Shown here piece after piece: positions 36,670-49,921 of a stretch of 64,000 nucleotides of DNA. The notes below the pieces were generated by a model. That model searched no databases, was not told the DNA's origin, and saw nothing but the letters and a program-made list of their open reading frames with translations. Each line of letters begins with the position of its first letter. Position 1 is the stretch's first letter. A program made the translations under genes and the position numbers. The stretch comes from Bugula neritina (taxonomy: Eukaryota > Animalia > Bryozoa): contig OZ037772.1 in assembly GCA_964035545.1 (NCBI GenBank), forward strand, positions 1,178,001-1,242,000, given 5' to 3'.

Positions 36670-39279
36670 TGATCAACTCATTCTGTATATCTGTTTATTT
36701 TCTGGCTTACAGCTCTCAGGTTTTGCTTCAGTTTTTCAATCACTACACCACACTCTTTGTTCTTTATCCTATATTTTTCTTCAACCATTCTTCTCAATGA
36801 ATCATTGTAAGCTCTACTTTTTCACTCTGCTATTTTACTTAAGTCTGATCTAATTTCTTTTTATTTCTTCTGCAGTCGTATTTTCCATACTTGTACATTG
36901 TCAGTTTTTCTTTTTCCTTTTTGTTACACACTTGTTCTGTTACTATTTTTCGCACAAGCCATGGTGGTGTTATTAAGCTCAATGGTATTAATAATCTCAA
37001 CACAGTTTAGCACATCATTAATCTGTTTTACTGCCTGTAGTAATTTGACCCTCTCAATGTGCCTAAGGGCTCTTAGTGTTGGTCGATCATTAGATAGTTT
37101 GTTATGCTCATTTATAATTTTTCTACTAACACTTTTTCTACCTTTGAACTAGGTACTCTTAAAATTCTCATGGCTGATTTATATGCTATCTCATGTTGTA
37201 CTATAACATCCTCTATTTGCAAATTTAGCTCTTCATTATCTTCTTCACCAATTGATGTGCCTAGTTCTTGCAAGGTTCCTTCTTCAATCTTATGGAGTTC
37301 TTCTTCCATAAAATGCTTGTGTTTCTTCATAGTTCTTGCTTAATCCGCTAGTCTCTATTCGCTGATGTTAAACTCTCCTCTGTTTTTCAGCGTTTGCACA
37401 TTCTTTTTAAATAATTCTTTGATCCGGGTCTACAGAGCTCATACATTGTTTTTCTATAACCTCTCAATTTGGGTGTACTTTTGAAGTAGCATTCCATGAC
37501 AACTCTGTTGTCTTCTCTTAAGTATCTTCTTCTAGTTGTCCACATACCCACTGCCATACCAGACATGCCATGTTTAGTTAGACATACCATTAACGTCGTT
37601 GGCTTTATTAGTTCTATTTTAATGGATCATATTATTATTTTTAATTATTATCACTATCAGTAGCAAATAAATAATTTTATATTTGTTATTAGTTACTACT
37701 TATAAAAATTGAGTGCCACAGCTTGAGGGTTATAAAGTCAGTCTTAGTCAATGTAATGGGGATGCTGATACTGACATTTGGCTTCGAGCCCATACTTAAA
37801 TTGCTAACAACTATACCTAAGGATAACAGGAGTATTAAAATGTTAATTTATAAGGATTATAACCTTAGAGTGGAGATATTATTCTCAATTTATTTAGTTT
37901 TTACTTTACTAACTTTTATTTTATTCATCAACCTTACTGTCTATTTAAATAGCAAACTAAAGAATAATTATGAAGGCCTTTGAATTGAAGTACTTTTCTG
38001 TAGCTGATTAGATTTCAAGTATTAAAATAACATACTAAGACAGAATACCATTATATGAGCTAGATTAATAAAGTAAAGAAGATTTCTTTGTTAATCAAAA
38101 TATAGGTGTCACATATGCCTATTTTTAAGATTATGTTCTTATATGTGCTGTCTTTTTAATATTTTTAAAGTGCTACATTTTGAGGGTAGCCTACATCAAT
38201 ATGACTGCCCTGTAATTGCTTGTCAACTATAAGAGTTAGACCTATAAACTGTCTCATTTTCAAATTATCTTTACTTTTCTAATTGATGTTAACATGACTA
38301 TTCCTATTAGTATTTTGGTGTTTACCATTAGTAATGTTTGAACTAACATCAATATCATTGTTAATTTGTCTAATTATTCAAATTTTAATATTCATCATTT
38401 GTGAACAGTAAAAAAAAATTTGTCTTTCTTAAATTAATGTGATGCTAGATTAGCTACTCTAGCAAGTGTGTATTGTGCAATGAGTACTAATGCCATATTT
38501 TTGCACTTCTTGTTCTATATAATTTAGATTTAAGGTAACAATTCCTAAAGCTATCACATAATGCTGCTATCAGCTATAAAGATGTCACTGATCCAAACAT
38601 TGAAAACCAGCTGAGTGCATGCAAGGTTGAAAACTTATTTTCTCTGGTTAGGTAAGTAGAAAGGTATTTGCTGTAATTTACAACTATTTTGTTTTCAACA
38701 TCCTTGATGTTCATCTCTAAAAGATAAGTAGCACATAATGGTACCTGTTTTACTTAGCAGAAGAAATTATTGTCAAAGCTCTATTACTACATTTTAAATT
38801 GTATGACACTCTTTTGACTACACTTGATTTCATATCTCAAATAATTATATTTCTGACTCATGAAACTGTAACCACACACTTGAGAACAAAATAAATAATG
38901 ATATGGAAGCTTTCTTTACCTTTGTCAATTTAGTCAACAGCCAATGACTGAAAACACGTTTTGTACACTATTGATTGCCTCTCTATTTCCGCTATAAGGC
39001 AGAAACTTTAATCTCAAAATTTAAGACACTGGCAATTCTTCCCAATAATACGTTGTTCAAAACAAATATTTTTTGCCAAGTAATATAGTATTTAATTATA
39101 TTTTTTAGTCAAAGAAATTTGTTTGGTTTCTTGTGTCATCTTGAATAGCTTGTTATTCATTATCTTTTTCTTCGTGTTATGACTATGAGTGTATATAACC
39201 TTTGCTGACAGGTTTTTCCCCCATCAATATATGTTTCTCTGTTTACTCTCTAACAGTTTTATTTCCGTTCATTTTTTAG

Positions 39280-39489
39280 AGTTTACTAAAATGACATGGG
39301 TGTGCTTTGTTGTGGCTCCTAATTGAGCGCATCCGTTGAGATTATTGGAAGTTTTGTTGAAACTGAGCTGAGGCCTCTTACTCCTAAAGGCAAGAATTTG
39401 AGTCATCTTAGCTACTTGTAGCATATCAACATCGAACAGCACCATTCCACTACTCTAAGCTTAAGGTTTTGGCTGCATTAGATCAACAG
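39280..39489 (+). pseudogene. Decayed exon resembling the hAT C-terminal catalytic/dimerisation region
   Basis: Bounded by TTTTTTAG| and |GTAAGT; with one frameshift reads EFTKMTWVCFVVAPN..ASVEIIGS, similar to the hAT P-x-S/N-x-A-x-V-E-x-x-(F/G)-S motif. Confidence 0.35.
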
Positions 39490-39689
39490 GTAAGTTTAAT
39501 AGTTTGTATTTCGTACACTATTTCATGATGTCTGTTCAGCATTTACTTCGTAGCACACATTTATAGATTTTGCATTCTTTTAGTTTTTTGCAGTACAACT
39601 TTTCTACGCAACTATTACACTGTTGTTGCTGTTAATTGTAGTTTATTCTGCTTGACCATGCAATTATTGAATTATGTTGCAAAGGTGAT

Positions 39690-40085
39690 TGAGTCCTTTT
39701 ATTTAATTTAGTACACACTGGAAATCTGCAGTTTTTAGCCATTTTTACAATTTAGCTGCTAATGAACAATGCTTTTTGCTTAAAATTAGTGAGACATCAA
39801 GAAATACACCTAAATAATCAAGGTTCTTCGTAATTTTGCATGATTTCTCATGTTTTTTCCTATTTATTCATTTCATTTGGATTGCCTACTGTTACAAACT
39901 AACCGTGGCGATCCCCAGTCAGAAGTTGCTGTAATTAGAAATAGCATAGGAAATCAAAGAAAATTAAAAAGAGCCTTGATTATTTAGGTGTATTTATTGA
40001 TATTTTTTTAGTTTCGGGCCAAAACTCATGTTCATTAGCAAAAACTTGAGATCTTCAGTATGTACTAACTTAAATAAAATGAACC
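39690..40085. mobile_element. Palindromic MITE-like element
   Basis: Imperfect inverted arms, e.g. AAATACACCTAAATAATCAAGG (~39802) vs CCTTGATTATTTAGGTGTATTT (~39974). Confidence 0.6.
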
Positions 40086-43000
40086 AATTGCAGTAAATTT
40101 CTGCATTTTCTAATACTTCTCAAATTTACACCTAAAATAGTGCTGTCTTAAGAAAATGACACTAGCTGCTGTTTTCATGTATGTGCCCCAATTGTATATA
40201 ATGCTGTTGATTTGTTTAGTGTTTTTTCTATTTGTTTGTTATATAACTTTTCTTTTATGGTTGTTGCCAGCACCTAAAGCATTATTCATTAGTGTCAATT
40301 AATTTCTACTCACAGTTTTACTGTTACATAGTTTATAAAGCCCTTGTGTCAACTTTTCTAGATATCCTGGTTAAAATTGTTCTACTTGATGAATGGCATA
40401 GGGCATATGCAATAGCAAAACAGTTGCAGGCTGTTTTGGAAAAAAAATTGTGCATATAACCTTTATTTTATACATGTTATTTAGGCTTTGGTAGAACTGT
40501 TGGAGAGCCTTCTTCTTGAATAAAGCTACTCAACTTCCCGGATTCTACTTTATTGACATTAACCCACTACCTACAAAACGCCTTGAAATTTAGCTAATAA
40601 ATTATGTATTTTGTGAGTTTTTTTAAATGTACAATGTTATGTATAAATTACAATCAGTTTATATATATATACATGTCTTTTGCTATTTAGTATTACAGTG
40701 TAAAAAGCATTTCAGGGTTAACAATTTAATTAATTGGCCCTAACAGTAATTATGTATAATACAGATTTGCAGATGCTTTAAATGAACCCAAAAAGCTGAT
40801 GTTGTTAAACAGTGTACAAAATAGTCACCTCATATCAGCCAGACGTGCTTAGTCATTACATAGCATTAAAATCATATTATGAATGCAGTCAAGTTTTGAT
40901 ATGCATCCCTATTATTGATAGTTTGTGAACCAGCAATTAAATATCAAGAAGCAATATTACTAACCAATGTGCTGGTTAAAGAGTTTCAAGTTGTAGTTAT
41001 AGTATCAAACTATTATAATGGCATAAAAACTATCAGTTAAAACATCTTATTAATATTTACTACAGGAATACATATTATAGGTGTGCTAAAAATCTGGTAG
41101 AAGCATCAATTGTTTTAGATGTTTTGGATTTAGTATCTCTGTACTATAATGTAATATACAGAACATCAGGTGCTGTCTCCACAGTGCATTGATGGCACTA
41201 ATGAATATTAATACATGCAGGCAGTGTTGGTAATGATTTATTGAAATAGGAGTTTAAAAACTGTTTAAACAACAATGAAATGCCTGAGATTAGTCCAAGG
41301 AGAGGGGTATTTCAAGCTAGCAGATGAGCAATATAGATGCGAAAGTCTTGCCTAAAAATCATTATTGTTATATCTAGTCATTAATTTCTTGCAATAGATC
41401 TATTTCACTATTGAGAAGAACAAAATTAGCTAGTAAACACTGTAATAGAGTCAAGGCACTTTGGCAGTGCTAGTTTAAAATAAACCTGGGATAGTCGAAT
41501 AGCAGAAGTACTTGTTGATGCATAATATAATTATGTACAGCTTAAGATTTTGCAATACTGTGTTTTCAGTGAGATATTAATTTCAATAGCTACATTAAAA
41601 TAATGTACGCAGTGATGCAAGTGATGCAAAATCTTCTAAGATGCTATGACTGTAGCAGTTTGCTACTAGTCTCAAGTAACAAACCAAATAGCCTTTCTTT
41701 GTGCCATCATCCAAATGCCAAACAAATAACTCATTCACTCTGTAACAACAAGGTGGTCTCCCAAGTAGATTGTTAGACATTTCAGGCATTAATAACCAAA
41801 GGCTTTTCACTTTGGCATAATTGTATAGTTACCCAGATAAATAAATAATGTATTCATGGTATTGTAATTCCAAGCCATGCATTTATCTGTGAATGCAGCT
41901 AAGTATTTAATACGGCCATACATTTATGTACTATGTAGCAATGCCTAATGTAGCTGTCAAGCTTCTACTTATACTCATTTTACTGATGCTTTACTTCTGA
42001 TTACATGATTACAAACATAGCAGTTCAAACAAAATTATTTTAGATAGGAATAAATATAATGCTCCTAGCAAATGTTGTAAAACTATTTTCCAAAAACATA
42101 TACTTTGCAAACAGACTTTTCAGAAAATTATAATGCATTTATCATATTATTGTTTCATTTAAAAGTTATAATGATAGAATATTATACTTAAAACACACCC
42201 AAATTTTTAGATTCTTGTAATATTGTTAAACAAGAGTTAACAGTAAGATTGGCTGTAGAGTAGAATGTTTAGCTGTTTGTACTGAAGCTAACAAGTAACT
42301 GGCATTAAAAAGAGATGTAGATAAAAAGTGACAGAATAACAACTGGCTTGTATATTGGTAGTGCAAAAAGCTGTATATAACAGTTTAAACAAATACCCAT
42401 TAGAAGAAATGGTAACCCAGTACTTAAAATGTGGTATGTCATAATACATATTTGTGGTGTATTGACTAGGCTAGATCAACACATAGCACTATATAATTGC
42501 TTTAGTATTTACAATTAGTTTGTGGTCTGGTGGGATTTGTTGATAGCCATTGTCTTTATTAACATAACAGTTTCATAAAATTAGCAGTTTTCCTTATTCA
42601 CCTAGTTAATTTTTAAGATTTATGTACAATATTTACATATTAGGATATAAAAAATATCTTCAACCAGTGAATATCAAAATAATGATTAAAGACATATTTT
42701 ATGTCATATTCTTGTGGCAATCTAAATAATAAGCTGGTCTAAATTGTACTTGTGCAAACAGAACCAGCTCATGAATATATGTTGTCTTTTTTTAACTTGA
42801 CAGTTAATCTAATATGGATGTGTATTTTATACTTGCTTTTGTGTTTAAGGTGATAAAATTGCACTGGTAAGGTAAATAAACATTGCTTGTTTGGCATGCT
42901 TTTGCGTGGCATTGCATATTATGCTAAACTAATGGCCAGTTTTGCAGTAGCTTCACCATAACCTTCAAAAGAATGCAAATATCATCTAATTATTGTAAGC

Positions 43001-45747
43001 TTTTTAAGTTAACTTGACTAGCTATAAACACATGTAAAACTATTAGGCTATTCCAATTTCACGATATACATAGCTCTATAATTCTGAAAAACTGCTAGGT
43101 AGAGTGGAAATTAAACATGATCTATTCATTGCTAAAGTATTACAGCTATGAATAATATATATGTGATTACCTGAGTGATATCACAATCTTCACTTGCTAA
43201 GTTAGTTTAAATACAGGAAAAAAAACTAATCTGGGGAAAGATTATATATGAGAAGCTGTTTTTGTAATAATTCCCTGCTCTAGGTTGGTTTAGAAGAATT
43301 GTTTTAAAGCAAAACTTTTGCATACATGAGTTGAATAAAATCATTGAGAGTTTTATGAAGGTCTATTTGTGTATAGGTAGCCCTATGTCACAACTCAAGT
43401 TTTTAGATTTTATGTAATTTGTGGTGCAAAGTTGCAAATAAAAACCTTATTTTAATAATACTTAGACATATGCAAGCAATAAAGATAATGAAAAAAATGC
43501 TATAGTTGCTAATTAGCTAATATTACTTGCATATGATGCAAATATTTGTATGCATGCAAGTTTAGTTTATTAGCATTGGTTAGATATAATTGAATATATA
43601 TAGATTTGATGTGGAAATTGAAGAAAATCAATATGTTGTGTTCTATATACAACAACAGCTTTTACATTGGTTTGTTAATTACTTCATAAATCATTCATTA
43701 CTTCATGCAATATTTGTTCCTGCAACTTTGCAGAGTGGCAAAATGCATTTCAAAGACATATATTAAGTGATTTTAATTATACTAGAATTTTCAAACTAAG
43801 AATTTTTGGGAGTTTTCTTCTTCCTAAGACATATGTGGCAATTGAACACATAATAAGTGGTGGGCCACAACTCCTTTATACAACCTTGCAAGAAATTATG
43901 CAGCCATTTAAATAGAAAAGGAATTATTGAATTTATTTATTCAACATTATTAGTATTTTATAAATATTTGTTGCATTTAATTAATGAGCAAAAAATTTGT
44001 CTTACAAATACTGTAATTAACAGCATGGTAAAAATATATTATATATACTAGTATATATTTTGTATTGTATTAGATTTAGGCTACATTTCTAATCAAAATG
44101 AGTTAATGGCTAAGTTTAAATATCTTCGACTTATAGAGTACATTTTTATGTGCTATAAAAATTTAACTCGTTTGTTACGACATTTCTCCACGCATAAAAG
44201 CAAAACTTACGGCAAGAAATCCTTAGCTAGAAAGATAAATAATAATTTACTTTAATTACATCAAAAGCTAATATCAGCAAGCATTCTATAAATAATGGTA
44301 ATTTACCTAGTGTAATTTTTCTTAAACTAGCTAAGCTTGCTTGGTACTTTAATAAGTTTATTGGCATAGTGTATTATGTTATACTTATATATTTTTAAGG
44401 CTTTAAGGAAAATGATGTTTTAGCTGCGTTATTCCTAATGCAAGCCTTATAAATTTACAATATATTATACTAAAATATTATATTTGTAATTAGAAAGAAA
44501 ACAAATTACTTTCATAAACTTAAAATTATTGCATTCTGTTATTGTTAATGTTAGAATAACAAATTGAACACGGCATATGCTTCCCTAACCAGATGCTTTT
44601 AAACGGATTAAAAATAATTAGTCAATTTCTAATTATGAGGAACAAACTCCTCGGTAGTTTGTACATTTGCGCATGATTTTATTAAGATAGGCTTGCTTTT
44701 GTGTCAACCTGTAGCCAGTGCAACTATACTTTATGTAACGAGTAAAACAGACTCATTTCAAAGTACACAGTCTAAAGGGTAGGAATTACTACAAAGAAAA
44801 GTGCCGGTTAAAAGTTAATTATAATTGGAAATAAGGTGAAATATCAGTCAGAAATTAAAAAGTGTCAACTAAAAAGGTGTATTGTTATTTCTTTTTGGCT
44901 TAATGAAAATGTTTTTTGAGGAAGAAGTACGAGAAACATCTAGGAGGGGTTCATATCCACCACTGGCGACTACCTGTTTATTGATGGAGAACTATCCAAT
45001 GATAGTACAGTATTATGGTCTTTTGCCTTATAATTGGCTTTGATTTTTTTATGTCTAATTACGAGATACTAAACAGATGCAAAGTATGTTGTGCATAGGC
45101 AGTTTTTTTATGTCTCTAAACAACATTCTAGGAAAATATATACTGTGCATTAGGAATAACGCAGCTAAAACATAATTTTCCTTAAAGTCTTAAAAATATA
45201 TAAGTATAACATAATACACTATGCCAATAAACTTATTAAAGTACCAAGCAAGCTTAGCTAGTTTAAGAAAAATTACACTAGGTAAATTCCCATTATTTAT
45301 AGAATGCTTGCTGATATTAGCTTTTGATGTAATTAAAGTAAATTATTATTTATCTTTCTAGCTAAGGATTTCTTGCCGTAAGTTTTGCTTTTATGCGTGG
45401 AGAAATGTCGTAACAAACGAGTTAAATTTTTATAGCACATAAAAATGTAATCTATAAGTCGAAGATATTTAAACTTAGCCATTAACTCATTTTAATTAGC
45501 AATGTAGCCTAAATCTAATACAATACAAAATATATACCAGTATATATAATATATTTTTACCATGCTGTTAATTACAGTATTTGTAAAACAAATTTTATGC
45601 TCATTAATTAAATGCAACAAATATTTATAAAATACTAATAATGTTGAATAAATAGACTCAATAATTCCTTTTCTATTTAAATGGCTGCATAATTTCTTGC
45701 AAGGTTGTATAAAGGAATTGTGGCCCACAACTTATTATGTGTTCAAT

Positions 45748-48700
45748 AGACCATGTAAAACTCAGCCAATCAGCGAAGTGTACCAGGTCAATGTCTTACC
45801 ATCGTAACTGATATAAAATTCTGCAAGTTCAATTGCAAAATGCATGCTTCTAAAAGCTAGTTGTGCAACTTTTTTTTCATGCATTATTTAATTTCATATC
45901 TTAAATTGATGACTCTTAAAATGATTTTTTAAAATGTCTAAATTAAGTGTTTATAAAATGCAATTAAAAATTTCATGTCTAGAAAAATGACCTGGTACAC
46001 TTTTGCAACTTAAGGCCAATTATTACATAACTGCCAGCTTAGTAGTTATTTGTTGTTGCAGCTTGAATGGGTTATTGTTTAGCATTGGAAGCTTGCAGTA
46101 AACATCTGTGAATTTGGTACATGACTTTGATTGGCTGGTTTTTGAATTGCCCTTTAGTATATGCATCTGGATGGCTTGACTAGTGTAGACTCCGCCTACA
46201 TCTAGCTAATGTACAGTAGCCAATCCACAGTAGTATTACAAAATTTCTGTTTAACAAATGAAATATTCTGGTCATTTGTCTTGTACTTTACAATAGTAAA
46301 TATTCTATTCAACTAGAATTTTATTGTATGTGAGCCATGCATGGGAACTACTAAGAGGTTAAATCAACCACCCATGCTAGTAATATTGTAGCTTGCAGTA
46401 ATAGCAAGTCCACACCATATAAATATACACATAAGCTATTATGTGCAGCTTATGAATGCTGAAATGACCCCATTTCTTACCTTCAATTTGAAAAAAATTG
46501 TATTACATATTCTGCCACCTCTGCACCAGGAACTTGTTTTCCTTTTAAATTTTGAAAATAGTGGTCAGTTTCTGCAGCAGTCAACATCCACAATAAACAA
46601 CGTAAGCTTTCAAATAAACTATAAATATGTGAAATATTAGTGTGGAAACAATGTAATTTATTCATTGCTATGATGAAAAAATTACAAGAATATTATATAA
46701 AAGCTAAATATAGATTTCTAGTAAAATGGCACAGGTAAAAATAACACATTTTTACTTCAAATTCTAAATTTCATCAGTCACCAATGGTGGCTGTAGATTA
46801 CAGAGAGCACAGCAGACTATCATAATCATAATCATAAGGATGGTCAGCCCACTGAGCAAAATCCAACTCCAACCCTTCATTTGGGTTACCAATGCACTAA
46901 AGCATATAATGTAAGACGCACACAAAAACAGTGGTTTTAATGAAACATGTGAAAGAAGCGAACAGAAAACGTCTTCAACAGAGTCAGCTGATATAGAGCA
47001 ACAGAACTCATCTGACAGCCATCCTCATAGTCAGACTTCATCAGAAGTAACTGAGTTACCAGAATCATCAACTACTCAGAAAAAAAGATCTGCACATTCT
47101 ATTGATAGATGAAAATCAAAAGTTGGAAGAAAAGGCTCAAAAAGTTCTACGTTTAAACAAAAAGCAACTATTGAAAAAGTAAAAGTTTTTAAAACTTTCA
47201 CCACTACAGATGAGCGAACTAAATTCTATACTGGAATTCCTACACGTTCTCTATCCTATTTTTTGGCAAGGTAAAAATTATGATTTTCTTATTGCAAAGA
47301 TAGACTATGGTTTATTACAAATAAACAATGCAAGTCTCACTATGCTAAAATTTGTACATTGATTAAATTTGATGTGTAGTAAAACTGTCATTTTACTTAA
47401 ATCTGTTGCAGTATGAGTGTATCATTCATACATTTTTTATTAAAGATGTTGTTTTATGTAAGATATTCATAAATACCACAGTGGTCATCTGCATGCTTTG
47501 ATTTATTTAGTTTAGGGTTTTATTTAAACAAGCAGCAGTCTTTTATTTGTGGACAAATTGACTCACTTTCTCCAGGAAAAGTAAATTGTCTTGACTTAAA
47601 TTTTCCTTGGCTATTTTAAAGCTTATCAAAAGTGGCCTCCTAATCTAATTTTTAGCTGAAACTAACTCAGTGTTTAAAACTAAAATGGTTTACACTTGTT
47701 ACTAGTTTCACTTATTCACAAACATTATTAAATGCTATTCTAGAAATAATATGGGTTTGAATTAGTTATAGTATAATTATAAAATGAAGTAATAATTGTT
47801 TGTCCACAGTATTTGTTTAAACTCATGACTTCATTCAAAGGATGTATTCATACAACTAGCTTATTATGTACTGTTACAGTATTATGTAACACATGTTGAC
47901 ACACATTACATTCTGTTTGGATGGTGATATATTGGGTCAAGCCTTCAACTAGCAGTTCTTGAACTTCATAGTTCTTGCAAAAGATAACTGAAGCTACTTA
48001 CCAAAGGGTAAAAACTGCTGAATAAATACAAACTAAGCACAAAATTTATTTAGCACATACATTATAATTTGAATCATAATTTAATTTTCATTTTTTGTTT
48101 ACTATATCTAGATTTATATGTCTGAAGATGAAAGTTCTCACTTTCAGAAAAAAAGTTAACAGGACAAGATAAACTTTTATTGGCTTTGATGAAGCTGCGT
48201 CAAGATTTACAGTTTCAAATGCTTGCTGGCCTTTTTTATATCTCTAAATTGCTAGCAAGCAAAACCTTCAAAGACACATTAGATATTTTAGCAGATGAAC
48301 TAAACAATCTAATAGTTTTTCCAACAAGAGAGAAGCTGAACATTTCTCTGAGCTTTCAAAGCCAATATGCTAACATTAGGTGCATTATAGACTGCACAGA
48401 AATATTCATTTGTAAGCCTCAGTCAAAGCTGGCTCAATCTTAAACATGGAGTGAGTATAAAAAGACCAACACCATCAATTATTTGGTTGCGATTACACCC
48501 AAGGGTACTATTTGCTTTATTTCGCATGGAATGGGAGGTAGAGCCTAAGACAAGTGTGTAGTGAATGACTCTGGGTTCTTAGACTTCATAAACCCAGATG
48601 ATGTGGTCATGGCAGATAGAGGCTTTCTTATTGAAAAAGAACTTATAGGCGCTGGAGCCAAGTTGGCCATACCACCTGGGAAAAGAGGCCATTTGCAAAT

Positions 48701-49921
48701 GACCAAAATGCAGTTACTACAAACAAAGTTGATTGCTAACCTTCGAATCCATGTCAAAAGAGCAATCAAAAGAATAAAGGAGTTCAATATTTTAAATGGT
48801 CCTGGAGGTGTGAACCTGGTGTTGGCACCTCTATTAGACAAGATTATGATAGTTTGCTGTGCTCTCTGTAATCTACAGCCACCATTGGTGACTGATGAAA
48901 TTTAGAATTTGAAGTAAAAATGTGTTATTTTTACCTGTGCCATTTTACTAGAAATCTATATTTAGCTTTTATATAATATTCTTGTAATTTTTTCATCATA
49001 GCAATGAATAAATTACATTGTTTCCACACTAATATTTCATATATTTATAGTTTATTTGAAAGCTTACGTTGTTTATTGTGGATGTTGACTGCTGCAGAAA
49101 CTGACCACTATTTTCAAAATTTAAAAGGAAAACAAGTTCCTGGTGCAGAGGTGGCAGAATATGTAATACAATTTTTTTCAAATTGAAGGTAAGAAATGGG
49201 GTCATTTCAGCATTCATAAGCTGCACATAATAGCTTATGTGTATATTTATATGGTGTGGACTTGCTATTACTGCGAGCTACAATATTACTAGCATGGGTG
49301 GTTGATTTAACCTCTTAGTAGTTCCCATGCATGGCTCACATACAATAAAATTCTAGTTGAATAGAATATTTACTATTGTAAAGTACAAGACAAATGACCA
49401 GAATATTTCATTTGTTAAACAGAAATTTTGTAATACTACTGTGGATTGGCTACTGTACATTAGCTAGATGTAGGCGGAGTCTACACTAGTCAAGCCATCC
49501 AGATGCATATACTAAAGGGCAATTCAAAAACCAGCCAATCAAAGTCATGTACCAAATTCACAGATGTTTACTGCAAGCTTCCAATGCTAAACAATAACCC
49601 ATTCAAGCTGCAACAACAAATAACTACTAAGCTGGCAGTTATGTAATAATTGGCCTTAAGTTGCAAAAGTGTACCAGGTCATTTTTCTAGACATGAAATT
49701 TTTAATTGCATTTTATAAACACTTAATTTAGACATTTTAAAAAATCATTTCAAGAGTCATCAATTTAAGATATGAAATTAAATAATGCATGAAAAAAAAG
49801 TTGCACAACTAGCTTTTAGAAGCATGCATTTTGCAATTGAACTTGCAGAATTTTATATCAGTTACGATGGTAAGACATTGACCTGGTACACTTCGCTGAT
49901 TGGCTGAGTTTTACATGGTCT
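45748..49921 (+). mobile_element. ISL2EU / PIF-Harbinger-type DNA transposon (4174 bp) with 1080-bp terminal inverted repeats
   Basis: Ends AGACCATG...CATGGTCT, 2-bp TSD AT (45746-45747, 49922-49923), empty site GGCAATTGAAC at ~43837-43847; IRs 45748-46827 and 48842-49921. Confidence 0.9.
46835..48905 (+). pseudogene. THAP-remnant + HTH + DDE_Tnp_4 (HARBI1-like) transposase pseudogene
   Basis: GQPTEQNPTPTLHLGY (THAP C-terminus), KFYTGIP, probable intron ~47271-48111, LLLALMKLR, IIDCTEI, MADRGF, RIHVKRAI (catalytic E replaced by K), in-frame stops at 48441 and 48546. Confidence 0.88.

Larger units (their letters stand above)
33550..37630 (-). pseudogene. Decayed R4/Dong-like non-LTR retrotransposon in the inner copy (split by a CACTA-type element, 3' part deleted)
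   Basis: Reverse complement of ~57787-59350; HLLYVDDLK RT motif; N-terminal EDNRVVMECYFKS..GYRK motif. Confidence 0.8.
16093..45145 (+). mobile_element. Giant hAT-like DNA transposon, inner copy (29,053 bp including nested elements)
   Basis: 8-bp direct repeat TGCATTAG at 16085-16092 and 45146-45153; imperfect 18-bp TIRs CAGGGCATAATTTCACAG vs CAGTATATATTTTCCTAG (12/18); empty site GGCTTGCATTAGGAATAACGC visible on the minus strand at ~44426-44446; subterminal GTATCTCGT/ACGAGATAC motifs at 16110, 16146, 16238, 45061. Confidence 0.85.

Noticed and set aside
46443-49226. Mirror-image 60-65 aa ORFs at 46443-46665 and 49004-49226
   Set aside because: Chance ORFs duplicated by the 1080-bp inverted repeats.
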